Positions 47,047 to 55,387 of a stretch of 64,000 bases of DNA are shown here, one piece after another (positions within the stretch are counted from its first letter, which is position 1; the number at the start of each line of letters is the position of its first letter). The stretch lies in the IMG/VR virus record IMGVR_UViG_3300028840_004447. One strand, 5' to 3'. A program made the position numbers and the translations under genes. The DNA is from a virus. The notes under the pieces were generated by a model, which was given only the letters and a program-made list of their open reading frames with translations, ran no database searches and was not told the origin of the DNA.

Positions 47047-47214
47047 CTACTTGAATTTGCCCTGGTCCTTCAGATCCCGGAAGGCCTTATCGCTCGCGGC
47101 CTCTCTGTCCATCCCTTCTGCCATCAGCTGGTCCATCAGTTCCTTGTGGATCCTCAGGTTGTGCCTGATCCGTCTATCGTGGGTTTTGTAGTCCCGATTC
47201 GTGCCGAGTCCCAT
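47047..47214 (-). CDS. Small hypothetical protein (55 aa)
   Basis: RBS GGAGG. MGLGTNRDYK... Confidence 0.5.
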   Translation of the reverse strand: MGLGTNRDYKTHDRRIRHNLRIHKELMDQLMAEGMDREAASDKAFRDLKDQGKFK

Positions 47215-47278
47215 GGGTATCCTCCAATTAGGTTTTTGCCGATCCCCCGCCGTAGCAGGGGATCAGCTAATTGTGGGC

Positions 47279-48163
47279 TTAAGCAGCCTGGCAGGATTCT
47301 TCGGCTGCGTCCTCGATCCCGATCAGGTGAGGTCTGGATCCGAAAGCGAAATGAGGATCATCTTTGCTGACGGAGAAGGTTGCGCGGAAATGGATTTTGA
47401 TCCCGCGGTCAATCCCTTCGCCGTAGTTAGGAGCCGTGCACCATACCTTGCTGTTGTTAGCCAGTTTGACCAGCATCTTCAGGGAGCCGCCGAAATCGTT
47501 GTCGCGCCATTTGACTGAGAGGACCTCTCCCTTGACCTCGACCCGACCTTCTGGGGCTGGTCCTTTTTCCTCATTGTCCTCGGCCTGCCGTTTGGCCTCG
47601 TACTCGTGATCCCGGGCAACGGCCTGAACGAATGCGGTGATCTGCCGTTCGGACAGTTTGTGATAGCGGAAGAACTTGGCCTGGATATCCCGTGCGAAGG
47701 TGTTCCGCATATGGGTGCTGTCCTTGTGCTCATCCAAGCATTTTATAGCAGCCTCTAGCCCCGGGTTCTCGTCCATGATCTTCTGCCGGGCCTCGGCATT
47801 TTTCTTGGCCTGCCTCTCTAGGTTGGCGCGGGTTCTGATGTGCTTGGATTTGAACTCGCTGGCATTCGCGAAGCCTAATCTGTTCACGCATACATCGCCG
47901 AAGGTAACGACCTCACCTGAGGGGATGTGCTCACAGGCCACGATATACCGAACATTGCCCTGACCGCAGTGCACGCAGCGGTGGATTTTGCTGCGGAAGT
48001 CTGGACCATAAACCCTCTCCAGATCAGCCTTCCACTGTTCTACCATGTGCGCGAAGTGATCCATATCCATTCCGAAGTAGTACTCGGGCGGATGGTTGTC
48101 GAAATACTCAATAACGCGGTAGTCTCGGGGTTCGAAATTTTTGGGATTGTGTACGGTTGACAT
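47279..48163 (-). CDS. Hypothetical protein with Cys/His cluster and possible C-terminal OB-like fold
   Basis: Start 48163 (RBS GGAGGA). C.HCG...CEH...C motif. Confidence 0.55.
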   Translation of the reverse strand: MSTVHNPKNFEPRDYRVIEYFDNHPPEYYFGMDMDHFAHMVEQWKADLERVYGPDFRSKIHRCVHCGQGNVRYIVACEHIPSGEVVTFGDVCVNRLGFANASEFKSKHIRTRANLERQAKKNAEARQKIMDENPGLEAAIKCLDEHKDSTHMRNTFARDIQAKFFRYHKLSERQITAFVQAVARDHEYEAKRQAEDNEEKGPAPEGRVEVKGEVLSVKWRDNDFGGSLKMLVKLANNSKVWCTAPNYGEGIDRGIKIHFRATFSVSKDDPHFAFGSRPHLIGIEDAAEESCQAA

Positions 48164-48207
48164 ATTTTCCTCCTGGCTGTTGGGTTGATGTTTGATTGTT
48201 AAGAAAG

Positions 48208-48236
48208 AATATATCATCAGTACGAATGTTTGTAAA
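48208..48236 (-). promoter_or_regulatory. sigma70-type early promoter repeat
   Basis: TTTACA-N17-TATATT. Confidence 0.8.
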
Positions 48237-48256
48237 CCCCTTTTTTGCATTTTTTG

Positions 48257-48290
48257 AAAAAAAATTAGGGCCACCCTTTCGGGTGACCCT
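48257..48290 (-). terminator. Intrinsic terminator
   Basis: AGGGTCACCC-GAAA-GGGTGGCCCT followed by a T-run that doubles as the next promoter's UP element. Confidence 0.75.
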
Positions 48291-48307
48291 GATGGGGCTG
48301 GCTGGGA

Positions 48308-48844
48308 TCAGTCAACCAGCAGATAGGTCTTCGAGACCCGATCATACTTCACCCGAAGGATCTGATCCTCTTTGGTCCGTTTGGGGTTCCGAAGGATGGC
48401 TAGGGCCACGGTCAGGTTATTCTTATCATAACCGGTCCGCTTCAGAAGCTCATCCCGAGTCCAGACCACCTTCTCATCAAAGGCGGATCTGAGCAACGAG
48501 GCCTTAGTAATACGGACAGGCTTATCATCCGCCTTTGGGGCCTCATCAGCCTTCGGGGTTTCAGGGATCAGGTCTTCCGGTTTGGTATCCGGTGCCACAG
48601 TGTTCTCATCCTCTTCCTCGAGGGTCGGGACAGATTCCATCTCATCCCAGAGCATCTGAGCAAGCTCTGCCTTCTTCATATTGGCAGCTCCCACCTTATT
48701 ACCGAGGACCTTCTTCAGCTTACGGAGGGTCGGGATGGACAGAGCCTTGCAGAGTTCCTCTGCGCTGTTCACTACGGCCACGTGATCCTGGTTATTGTCA
48801 TTGCTCTCGATTGCCCCTGTTTCCTTATTGATGTGAACGGTCAT
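48308..48844 (-). CDS. Winged-helix-like DNA-binding protein, family member 2
   Basis: Start 48844 (RBS GAAAGGAG). ITKASLLRSAFDEKVVWTRDELLKRTGYDKNNL..AL.ILRNPKRTK. Confidence 0.65.
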   Translation of the reverse strand: MTVHINKETGAIESNDNNQDHVAVVNSAEELCKALSIPTLRKLKKVLGNKVGAANMKKAELAQMLWDEMESVPTLEEEDENTVAPDTKPEDLIPETPKADEAPKADDKPVRITKASLLRSAFDEKVVWTRDELLKRTGYDKNNLTVALAILRNPKRTKEDQILRVKYDRVSKTYLLVD

Positions 48845-48907
48845 TTTGATCTCCTTTCTGTGTTGTGTATGTGGTTTGTTTTGTCTCATGATCTAGCAAT
48901 AGTATAC

Positions 48908-48924
48908 TGCCAAACCTGTGCCAA
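48908..48924 (-). promoter_or_regulatory. sigma54-like (-24/-12) promoter
   Basis: TTGGCACAGGTTTGGCA, with GG-N10-GC spacing. Confidence 0.6.
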
Positions 48925-49034
48925 AAAGGAGAAAACTGCGAAACTTTTTTCGATGCAAATATTCGCAATGATTCTAAGATGTTAGCAGGCTATGTGTTTC
49001 TTTGGGGATCAGGGGATGGGTAGCAGGTAGGCCT

Positions 49035-49177
49035 GAAAATTCACGTATATGAATCACATTTTTGTAGGAAACGAATATTTGCAATGATCATAAGGACTTA
49101 TGCGGATTTTGCGAAATTCACGTATTTGAACCGAAAAATCGCAGATTTGCATAAGCCCTTATAATCATTAGCAATAT
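49035..49177. repeat. Intergenic direct and inverted repeats
   Basis: AAATTCACGTATwTGAA at 49037 and 49114. Imperfect ~40-bp inverted repeat 49075-49114 / 49139-49177. Confidence 0.75.
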
Positions 49178-49213
49178 GCACAGTTCACGATATTCTGTTT
49201 TTTGAACCCTTTA

Positions 49214-49774
49214 CTATTTCGACAGGATCCAGGTCGCTATCTGATCCTCGGGGCCATATTTTGCATGTAACTCGACCCGAAGACTGTGATCAGAAAAGAA
49301 GGAATTGTAATCATGATAAAAGCAATGCTTCGACGGAACCCGTCCTTCGATTCCGACTGATGAAGTTAGGAAGATCAGCCCGTTGGAAATCCGAACGTGC
49401 TCTGCAAAGATCCCGGCCAGGTCCTGAGGAGGAACATGCAGAAGGACATATGAAGAGATAACCAGATCAAATGCCCCCTCTGCTTCAGGGATCTGGTGGC
49501 CGTCCCATCCATTTGGCCGTTGCCCTGTTGCAGCTAGACAGCACGTTCGCATGGATTCCACAAAGTCATACATGGTCAGCCGAGCGCGGAACAGCAAACC
49601 TTTCTTCTCTAGGGCTGAATAGATCCGACCATAGCCAGACCCCACCTCGCAAATCTTTCGGAGAGGTTCCGTTTGCAGCAAGGCGGACAGGTAGTCCAGT
49701 TCAATATCATGGGTTTCTCCGCGGTAGGACTTCCCCCGCGCTTCCCAGTATTCTTTCGGATTGTAAGTGGTCAC
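49214..49774 (-). CDS. Class I SAM-dependent methyltransferase (small-molecule/glycan type)
   Basis: YWE.R, ICEVGSGYGR, FDLV.S..VL.HV. Confidence 0.85.
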   Translation of the reverse strand: MTTYNPKEYWEARGKSYRGETHDIELDYLSALLQTEPLRKICEVGSGYGRIYSALEKKGLLFRARLTMYDFVESMRTCCLAATGQRPNGWDGHQIPEAEGAFDLVISSYVLLHVPPQDLAGIFAEHVRISNGLIFLTSSVGIEGRVPSKHCFYHDYNSFFSDHSLRVELHAKYGPEDQIATWILSK

Positions 49775-50388
49775 TTTCCCTCCTGAAGGGTATAGGTTTT
49801 TGCAGCCCGGTCGAACTTGACTTCGAGGATCAGATCGGGCTTTGTCCGTTTGGGGTTTCTCATTATGGCTAGAGCCGTGTTCAGATTACGAGCATCGTAT
49901 CCGGTCTTCGTTAGCAGATCATCCTGAGCCCATGTGGGCTGTTCTGCAAAGGCCTCTCGGAGTAGGGCTGTCTTGGTCTTCTTCTTGGGCCCGGTCGGCT
50001 GCTTCCGTGGTGGCCGTTTGTTTGCAACGGGTCCTCTGGGTTTCCGATCCCGTTTCCCTGCGTTCGGGTTGCTATAACTGAAGATCAGGGGCACATCTGA
50101 TGCTTCCCGGTTGGCCAGATCCTCGGCCGTGATTGTCTTCGGGGGATTGTCCTTCGCGTACTGAATCCCTGCACAGATCGGGCAGGACTTGATATGCTCC
50201 CAGAAGTTATATTCAGGATGCTTCGGGCATTTGAAGTTACCCACTTTCATATCCTCCTTTCGGTGATGGCAGATCGGACAGTTGTCCTCTTTCCAATCAT
50301 AATGAGGAAATCCACAGAACTTGCAGAAGTGATGGAACTGGGGATCGAAGATGAACCGCCGTTCTTCAGTCATTGTCTTTGGCCTCAT
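49771..50388 (-). CDS. Winged-helix-like DNA-binding protein, family member 3, with zinc-ribbon N-terminus
   Basis: Several CxxC pairs. TKTALLREAF.EQP.W.QDDLL.KTGYD.RNL..AL.I.RNPKRTK. Confidence 0.65.
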   Translation of the reverse strand: MRPKTMTEERRFIFDPQFHHFCKFCGFPHYDWKEDNCPICHHRKEDMKVGNFKCPKHPEYNFWEHIKSCPICAGIQYAKDNPPKTITAEDLANREASDVPLIFSYSNPNAGKRDRKPRGPVANKRPPRKQPTGPKKKTKTALLREAFAEQPTWAQDDLLTKTGYDARNLNTALAIMRNPKRTKPDLILEVKFDRAAKTYTLQEGK

Positions 50389-51002
50389 TCTCCCGCTGGA
50401 TCTGCTTGGCCATCCAGCATATCATAATAAAGAACAGAACTAGCCAAATGAGGAAGCAGGGCATAGTGGGGAATGAGTCCGCGATCAGAATCAGCATACT
50501 CGCCCCAAGTGTTGCACCTACCAAAACTTTACCCGCGTTGCATATGAATTGCCGTATCATCCTGTTAGCTCCTTATCCAGAAAATCCTGAAGGACCTGGA
50601 CAATCGTCAGAGCATCCTCGATTGGGTGATGCATCTGATATGAGATGGAATGGTTTTCATTGTGGATCAGTTTCAGCCACGTGCCGTCTCGATCCTCAAC
50701 AACCTCTGCTCGGATAGGGTCACGCATCGGGATTCTCCTCGTAGAATTTCTCCCATCGTTTGGACTCGCCCGGCTTGCAGGTCAGATGGTGCTCAACCTG
50801 TTCGGGGGATTCTGCATATGCGCCACAGTCATTACAGACATGGACACCAGCCTCTTCGATTTCGGTATATTCCCGTTCGGGGATCTGTTCATCAGGAAAG
50901 CAGGTCTCGCACATCGGGTCACCGCATTTCTCTTCCCATTCGCCCATTGATCTAACCTCCGTGGGCAGGATCCGAAGACCCTGCCCTGGTGTCAATTGTG
51001 GG

Positions 51003-51743
51003 TTAAGCAGCCTTCAGGGCTACCATATAGTCGTCAGCGACCCCGTGAAGGGTATCAGTCTGGCGAGCAATCTGCCACAGGCTGGTCTCTCTCATCAGCC
51101 GGGTGGCTGCACCGTGCCAGGTGTACAGAGTCGGGGCCTCGGTCTGCGCGACCTTCAGCTCCTCATCATGGCAGGCCAAGAACTGGGGGAATTTCCCCGG
51201 GCTGAAGACCCCGCGGTCCATTGCATCATAGGTCAGGACCTTGAAGGCTTCCGATTCCAGGGGGAACTGATTGAGCTCATCCAGCCAGTCCACCTGATAC
51301 TGGATCTTCGAAATGAGCTGGCCGACTGCCCGATGAGCAACCTCGTGGATCTCGGCCTCATCCAGATGAGCAGTGTGCCGACGGAACTCCAGGAACTCTC
51401 CCGAGAAGGCCATGTTAGAACAGACGAAGACCTTCGTGCCGGCTGTGATTCCCAACGCGAAAGTCTTACGGATGGAGTTGCGGAAGCCGATCTGCCAACC
51501 GATCTTGTCCGTGCCGCCGTCCAGACCCCATGTGCCGAAGAGGTTATCCCCATCGGCTGCGAGGGAGTAGTCCCGATCCGTTACCACCAGCCCGTGGTCC
51601 TGAACTGCCTTGCCCAAGCAATCGAGCACCTTGCCGTGGCTGTACGGGCGCCAGGTTTCGGTGAACTCAGGTTCCTTGACTGCCCTTACCGCTGCCTCAC
51701 TTACCCTTGTACCGTGTCCGTGTTCTGCGATCCTTGCTGTCAT
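51003..51743 (-). CDS. DUF932-family protein
   Basis: P.SH...L, FRNS......GI.AG..VFVCSNM.F, RRHT. Confidence 0.8.
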   Translation of the reverse strand: MTARIAEHGHGTRVSEAAVRAVKEPEFTETWRPYSHGKVLDCLGKAVQDHGLVVTDRDYSLAADGDNLFGTWGLDGGTDKIGWQIGFRNSIRKTFALGITAGTKVFVCSNMAFSGEFLEFRRHTAHLDEAEIHEVAHRAVGQLISKIQYQVDWLDELNQFPLESEAFKVLTYDAMDRGVFSPGKFPQFLACHDEELKVAQTEAPTLYTWHGAATRLMRETSLWQIARQTDTLHGVADDYMVALKAA

Positions 51744-51787
51744 GTTGACCTCCTTATTTAAGTGTGAATATCTGAACTGTTAAAATG

Positions 51788-51816
51788 AATGTATCACGGA
51801 ATAATTTCTTTGTAAA
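51788..51816 (-). promoter_or_regulatory. sigma70-type early promoter repeat
   Basis: TTTACA-N17-TACATT. Confidence 0.75.
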
Positions 51817-52300
51817 CCCCTTTTTTGAAAAAAGATCAAAAAAGTTTCAGCCTAACTTCGCGGCCTCTTTCAGACGGTCGATGGCCTTTAGAAGAGCATT
51901 GATCTCCCGGTTGTGGGATTTCTTCTCATTATCGGCTGCGATAATATGGTCGGCGATTTCCAGTCTCAGAAGATTGATTGCACGTTCCATTTGATTCTCC
52001 TTTCGGGGATCTGCGGACAGATCCCCAGTCGGTTAGTAGATTGAATCCCCATCACAGATGGAGTGGCTCAGGATAACCTCTTTGCAGTTGATGATTGCGG
52101 GCATCTGAACGACCGCAATGGGCTGAACTGCCCGACAAGGATCAAACTCAGGGAACTGCACCGAGGCCTGCTCGGGGTATAGGATCCGACCAGACTTCTG
52201 AAGGTTGCGAGTGGCTGTTTTGATCATTTCGGATTCGATTAGGTCCTGATTCATTTTCCCCTCCTTGGGGTGCCCTGCCCGAAGGCAGGGCGGTTGAGGA

Positions 52301-52483
52301 TTAGATTGACTGAACATAACCCATTTTGGTAAGTTTCTTTTCCAGTTCCACTCGGGTCTTTGCTCGGGCGAGGTAGCTGATGCTGAGGGAATCCTTAGCA
52401 TTCTTTGCATACCAGTGTCCGCTGAAGCCGATTCGGAAGATTTTGATCTGGATGAGTTTTCCTTCTCGTTCGTAGTATGGCAT
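52301..52483 (-). CDS. Small basic hypothetical protein
   Basis: Start 52483 with RBS GGAGGT, downstream of the second sigma54-like promoter. Confidence 0.55.
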   Translation of the reverse strand: MPYYEREGKLIQIKIFRIGFSGHWYAKNAKDSLSISYLARAKTRVELEKKLTKMGYVQSI

Positions 52484-52526
52484 GTTTTTGACCTCCGGGT
52501 TGTTGTTAGTGTTACCATTTAATATA

Positions 52527-52543
52527 TGCCAAATCTGTGCCAA
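52527..52543 (-). promoter_or_regulatory. sigma54-like (-24/-12) promoter
   Basis: TTGGCACAGATTTGGCA, 16/17 identical to the 48908 copy. Confidence 0.6.
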
Positions 52544-52701
52544 GTTAGCAGGATTTATTGAGTTATTATTTGCAATCATTTCAATCATTTAGCGATCTGT
52601 GGTTTTTGGGTTGTCCCGATTCCTGCTGGGAGTTACAAAAGGATGCAATCTGAATTACATCCTTTTGTAACTGGGGGATCGGTTCAGATCCCCCGAGCAA
52701 G

Positions 52702-52911
52702 TTAGCCAATGTCCCCATTCTCCATTGCCAGCCCCATCTGAATTTCCCCGATCGGTTCTTCAGTATTCATCAGGGTAGCTGCAACCGCCTCACCCTCTGC
52801 CGAGTAGTCAGTTCCCTTGGTGGCGAACTTCATCAGTTTGGCAGCGCGCTCGATCAGTTCCTCAGCCTGTCTCATTGCCTTTTTTCGATCTTCGTATCTC
52901 ATTTTTCCTCC
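52702..52911 (-). CDS. Small hypothetical protein
   Basis: MRYEDRKK..., RBS GGAGG, after the promoter at 52934. Confidence 0.5.
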   Translation of the reverse strand, partial: GGKMRYEDRKKAMRQAEELIERAAKLMKFATKGTDYSAEGEAVAATLMNTEEPIGEIQMGLAMENGDIG

Positions 52912-52933
52912 CTGTTTGATTGTTGTTGAGTGC

Positions 52934-52962
52934 ATTGTATACTATCTGCAAACGTTTGTAAA
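52934..52962 (-). promoter_or_regulatory. sigma70-type early promoter repeat
   Basis: TTTACA-N17-TACAAT. Confidence 0.85.
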
Positions 52963-52984
52963 CCCCTTTTTTGCATTTTTTTGA

Positions 52985-53019
52985 AAAAAGTTTGCGGGGG
53001 ATCAGATCAGATCCCCCGC
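52985..53019 (-). terminator. Intrinsic terminator
   Basis: GCGGGGGATC-N6-GATCCCCCGC followed by AAACTTTTTT on the - strand. Confidence 0.7.
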
Positions 53020-53027
53020 TTGCGGGG

Positions 53028-53333
53028 TTAGATTTGTCGGGTGAGTTCTGTCAGATCAGACGGAATTTCGGACTGGGATTCGGTTAGCTGTTTCACAAGC
53101 TGGATCAGTTTGTGAATGTCAGGCTGGATCTGAATCAGAACAGCGCGAAGGATACAGGATTCGGCAGAATCGATAGCAAGATATCCTTCGTACAGTTCAG
53201 TTGTCAGAGTATCTAAGTCTGATCGGCTGTAGATGGTGAGCAGTTTTTTCATTTGCTCAGGAACGACGGAATCCATCTGGCTGTAGTTTTCAGAGTTGAA
53301 AAGGTCTGTCATTTCTTGAATTAGGTCAGTCAT
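53028..53333 (-). CDS. Small hypothetical protein
   Basis: Single-gene cassette between a promoter and a terminator. Confidence 0.55.
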   Translation of the reverse strand: MTDLIQEMTDLFNSENYSQMDSVVPEQMKKLLTIYSRSDLDTLTTELYEGYLAIDSAESCILRAVLIQIQPDIHKLIQLVKQLTESQSEIPSDLTELTRQI

Positions 53334-53365
53334 TTTTTCCTCCCTTTTGAATTGTTGTTAAGTAT

Positions 53366-53394
53366 ACAATAACACATTTCCTAACCTTTGTAAA
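53366..53394 (-). promoter_or_regulatory. sigma70-type early promoter repeat
   Basis: TTTACA-N17-TATTGT. Confidence 0.85.
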
Positions 53395-53437
53395 CCCCTT
53401 TTTTGCATTTTTTTTGAAAAAGTTCAAACTTTTTTTG

Positions 53438-53487
53438 TACCACAAAGTGCAGCCATGTCCTACCACACTGTGTTATACCACAAAGTG
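53438..53487. repeat. Three 12-bp direct repeats
   Basis: TACCACAAAGTG (53438), TACCACACTGTG (53461), TACCACAAAGTG (53476). Confidence 0.8.
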
Positions 53488-53604
53488 GTAAGTCGCGATT
53501 GGAGCCTGCCTACTTCCTAAAGGTTCGAAAGAAAGTCCGGCAAAGGAAATCCCCTGCCGGAGCAGGGGATCGGGTGGAAGGACGACGGGCGGAGTTGGGG
53601 TGGG

Positions 53605-54433
53605 TTAGAAGTATTTGGCCTTTGCTTCCTCGTAATCTACCTCCTCGAATTCGGGGCCTTCCTGATAGACGAGGAAACCCAGTTTGTCTTCGTGGCTGAT
53701 GATCAGATAGCTGGTCATGTCTGCTCGGACCGAGGTGTCGTCCAGATCAGAATCAACCTGCTCGCGGAGCCATTCAATAGCATCTGATGAATTCACAAAG
53801 TGGTAATTCATCTGGAGAACCTCCTCTCGGTCTTCTTGATAGCAGTTAGGACTTCATGCATCCGGATCGTGGCCGTGCTGATCGTGGCCATATGGGCCGG
53901 GCTGTCACCATTGATGATTGTCCATTGGAACAGATACCCTCGGGAACTTGCCCCATAGTCGGGCTGAACCCCATCAAACCGAACTCCCGGTAGCGAGGTA
54001 CGGGCTTTGAAATCCTGTCCTGCCGTAAAGGCTGCTTTCCCGAATTTGGTCAGGGCTGTATTTTTGTGGCCGTCAAACCCCATCCAGAACATCTTAAAGA
54101 TAGGGTTGTCTACTGATCTGGAACCATCCTCCAAATCATACGGGGGATGGTCCACCAAATACTGCCTGAGCTCCGAAGGATTAGTATTTCTGATCTGATT
54201 GCTGGTCATGAGGATTCCTCCTTAAGAAATAATATGGGCCTCATCAATGTATCCCCAGTAGCTACCAGCAAAAATCTTCGGGGCCAACCCCTTAGCTTTG
54301 CAGTCTTCTTCTGAGAATTCATAACCGAAAGTTCCGTCTTCCTCATTTATACTGGAGACGGTTACGATGTTTTCGTCGAGGCTTACGTTGTAGATTCTAA
54401 CTCTGTTTCCTATTTGCAGTTTATTCTCGGTCA
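53605..54433 (-). other. Cassette of three small hypothetical genes (53605-53811, 53808-54209, 54222-54433)
   Basis: Each has a GGAG/GGGG RBS or an ATGA overlap, downstream of the promoter at 54468. Confidence 0.5.
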
Positions 54434-54467
54434 TTTTGTTTCCCCCTTGTGTTATTGTGTTAAGAAT

Positions 54468-54496
54468 ACAATAACACATCTGCAAACGTTTGTAAA
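54468..54496 (-). promoter_or_regulatory. sigma70-type early promoter repeat
   Basis: TTTACA-N17-TATTGT. Confidence 0.85.
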
Positions 54497-54525
54497 CCCC
54501 TTTTTTGCATTTTTTTGAAAAAAGT

Positions 54526-55292
54526 TCAAACTTTTTTCTGAGGACGAAATCCATCGGCCTCGGTCGGCTGACCGGCCAGCAGCTTGCGGAGCTCCTGAGC
54601 ACAGTGGGAATATACCGGGCCGGATCCGTTCTCGGCCTTATCTGCCCGCTCTGTCCATTTGTCAATCAGCTCCTGAACCCTAACTTTGTCCCGTCGTTGC
54701 ATGTTCCTAATCTCCTTTGACCTGTTCTAGGGATTTGATAAATCTCATCAGCCCCTTCTCTGTCTTGGGGATCTTCAGACCCCGAATGGCATGGGCTGCT
54801 CGTATGCGAAGTCTCTTCAATCGGATTCTCTTCTGGAACTGCTCATCATATTCTTGGATCCTGTTCCGGTGCCACGTGTCCCCTGGTTCGCGGCCATCCG
54901 ACCGCCGAAACCTGTACTCGATCTCGGGGTCCTCAGGATGGATCTGATGCACGATGAACTGGGTCTTTGTCAGCCGTTTGACCCTGCCCGTATAGATCCG
55001 ATCCCCGCGGGTGCTGCTCAGGGTTACTCCCACAATTGACCCAATCTGAAGTCTGCTCATCCATTCACTAAGTTCCATTGTAAATCTCCATGACTTTTTG
55101 GACTTGATCCTCGGACAGTTCCCGACGAAGTTTGGCACCGCTCAGGATCCTGATCTCTCTGCCTGTCCTCATATTGGTTGCTCGCCAGCCTTGCTTATTC
55201 TTCCGGATTTGTTTTTCAATCCGAACGGCTGTCAACCGCCCACTCACCTTAGCCACGTACAGTGCCCCAACTTTGACTTCCTTCTTCAGCAT
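54526..55292 (-). other. Cassette of small hypothetical genes (54526-54702 and the ORFs at 54707-55138 and 55068-55316, true starts probably internal)
   Basis: Open frames with RBS-like leaders, downstream of the promoter at 55321. Confidence 0.45.
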
Positions 55293-55320
55293 GTTCCTTC
55301 CTCCGATTTGTTTCAAACAG

Positions 55321-55349
55321 ATTGTACCACAAAGAAATTATTCTGTAAA
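55321..55349 (-). promoter_or_regulatory. sigma70-type promoter
   Basis: TTTACA-N17-TACAAT. Same spacer class as the 38485 copy (GAATAATTTCTTT). Confidence 0.8.
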
Positions 55350-55387
55350 CCATTATTTTGGGGCCGGCCGAAACCGACCCCGTTTGG

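Larger units (their letters stand above)
1494..55037. repeat. Dispersed motif CCCACAATT (consensus A-N-CCCACAATT-R-R-C), at least 13 copies
   Basis: + strand: 1494, 6002, 9688, 16315, 18882, 29480, 37983, 55029. - strand (AATTGTGGG): 19325, 29996, 40432, 47269, 50994. Confidence 0.85.

Noticed and set aside
53400-53600. tRNA or other known ncRNA in the intergenic gap
   Set aside because: No cloverleaf or properly placed T-loop/D-loop motifs; only a single hairpin and short repeats.
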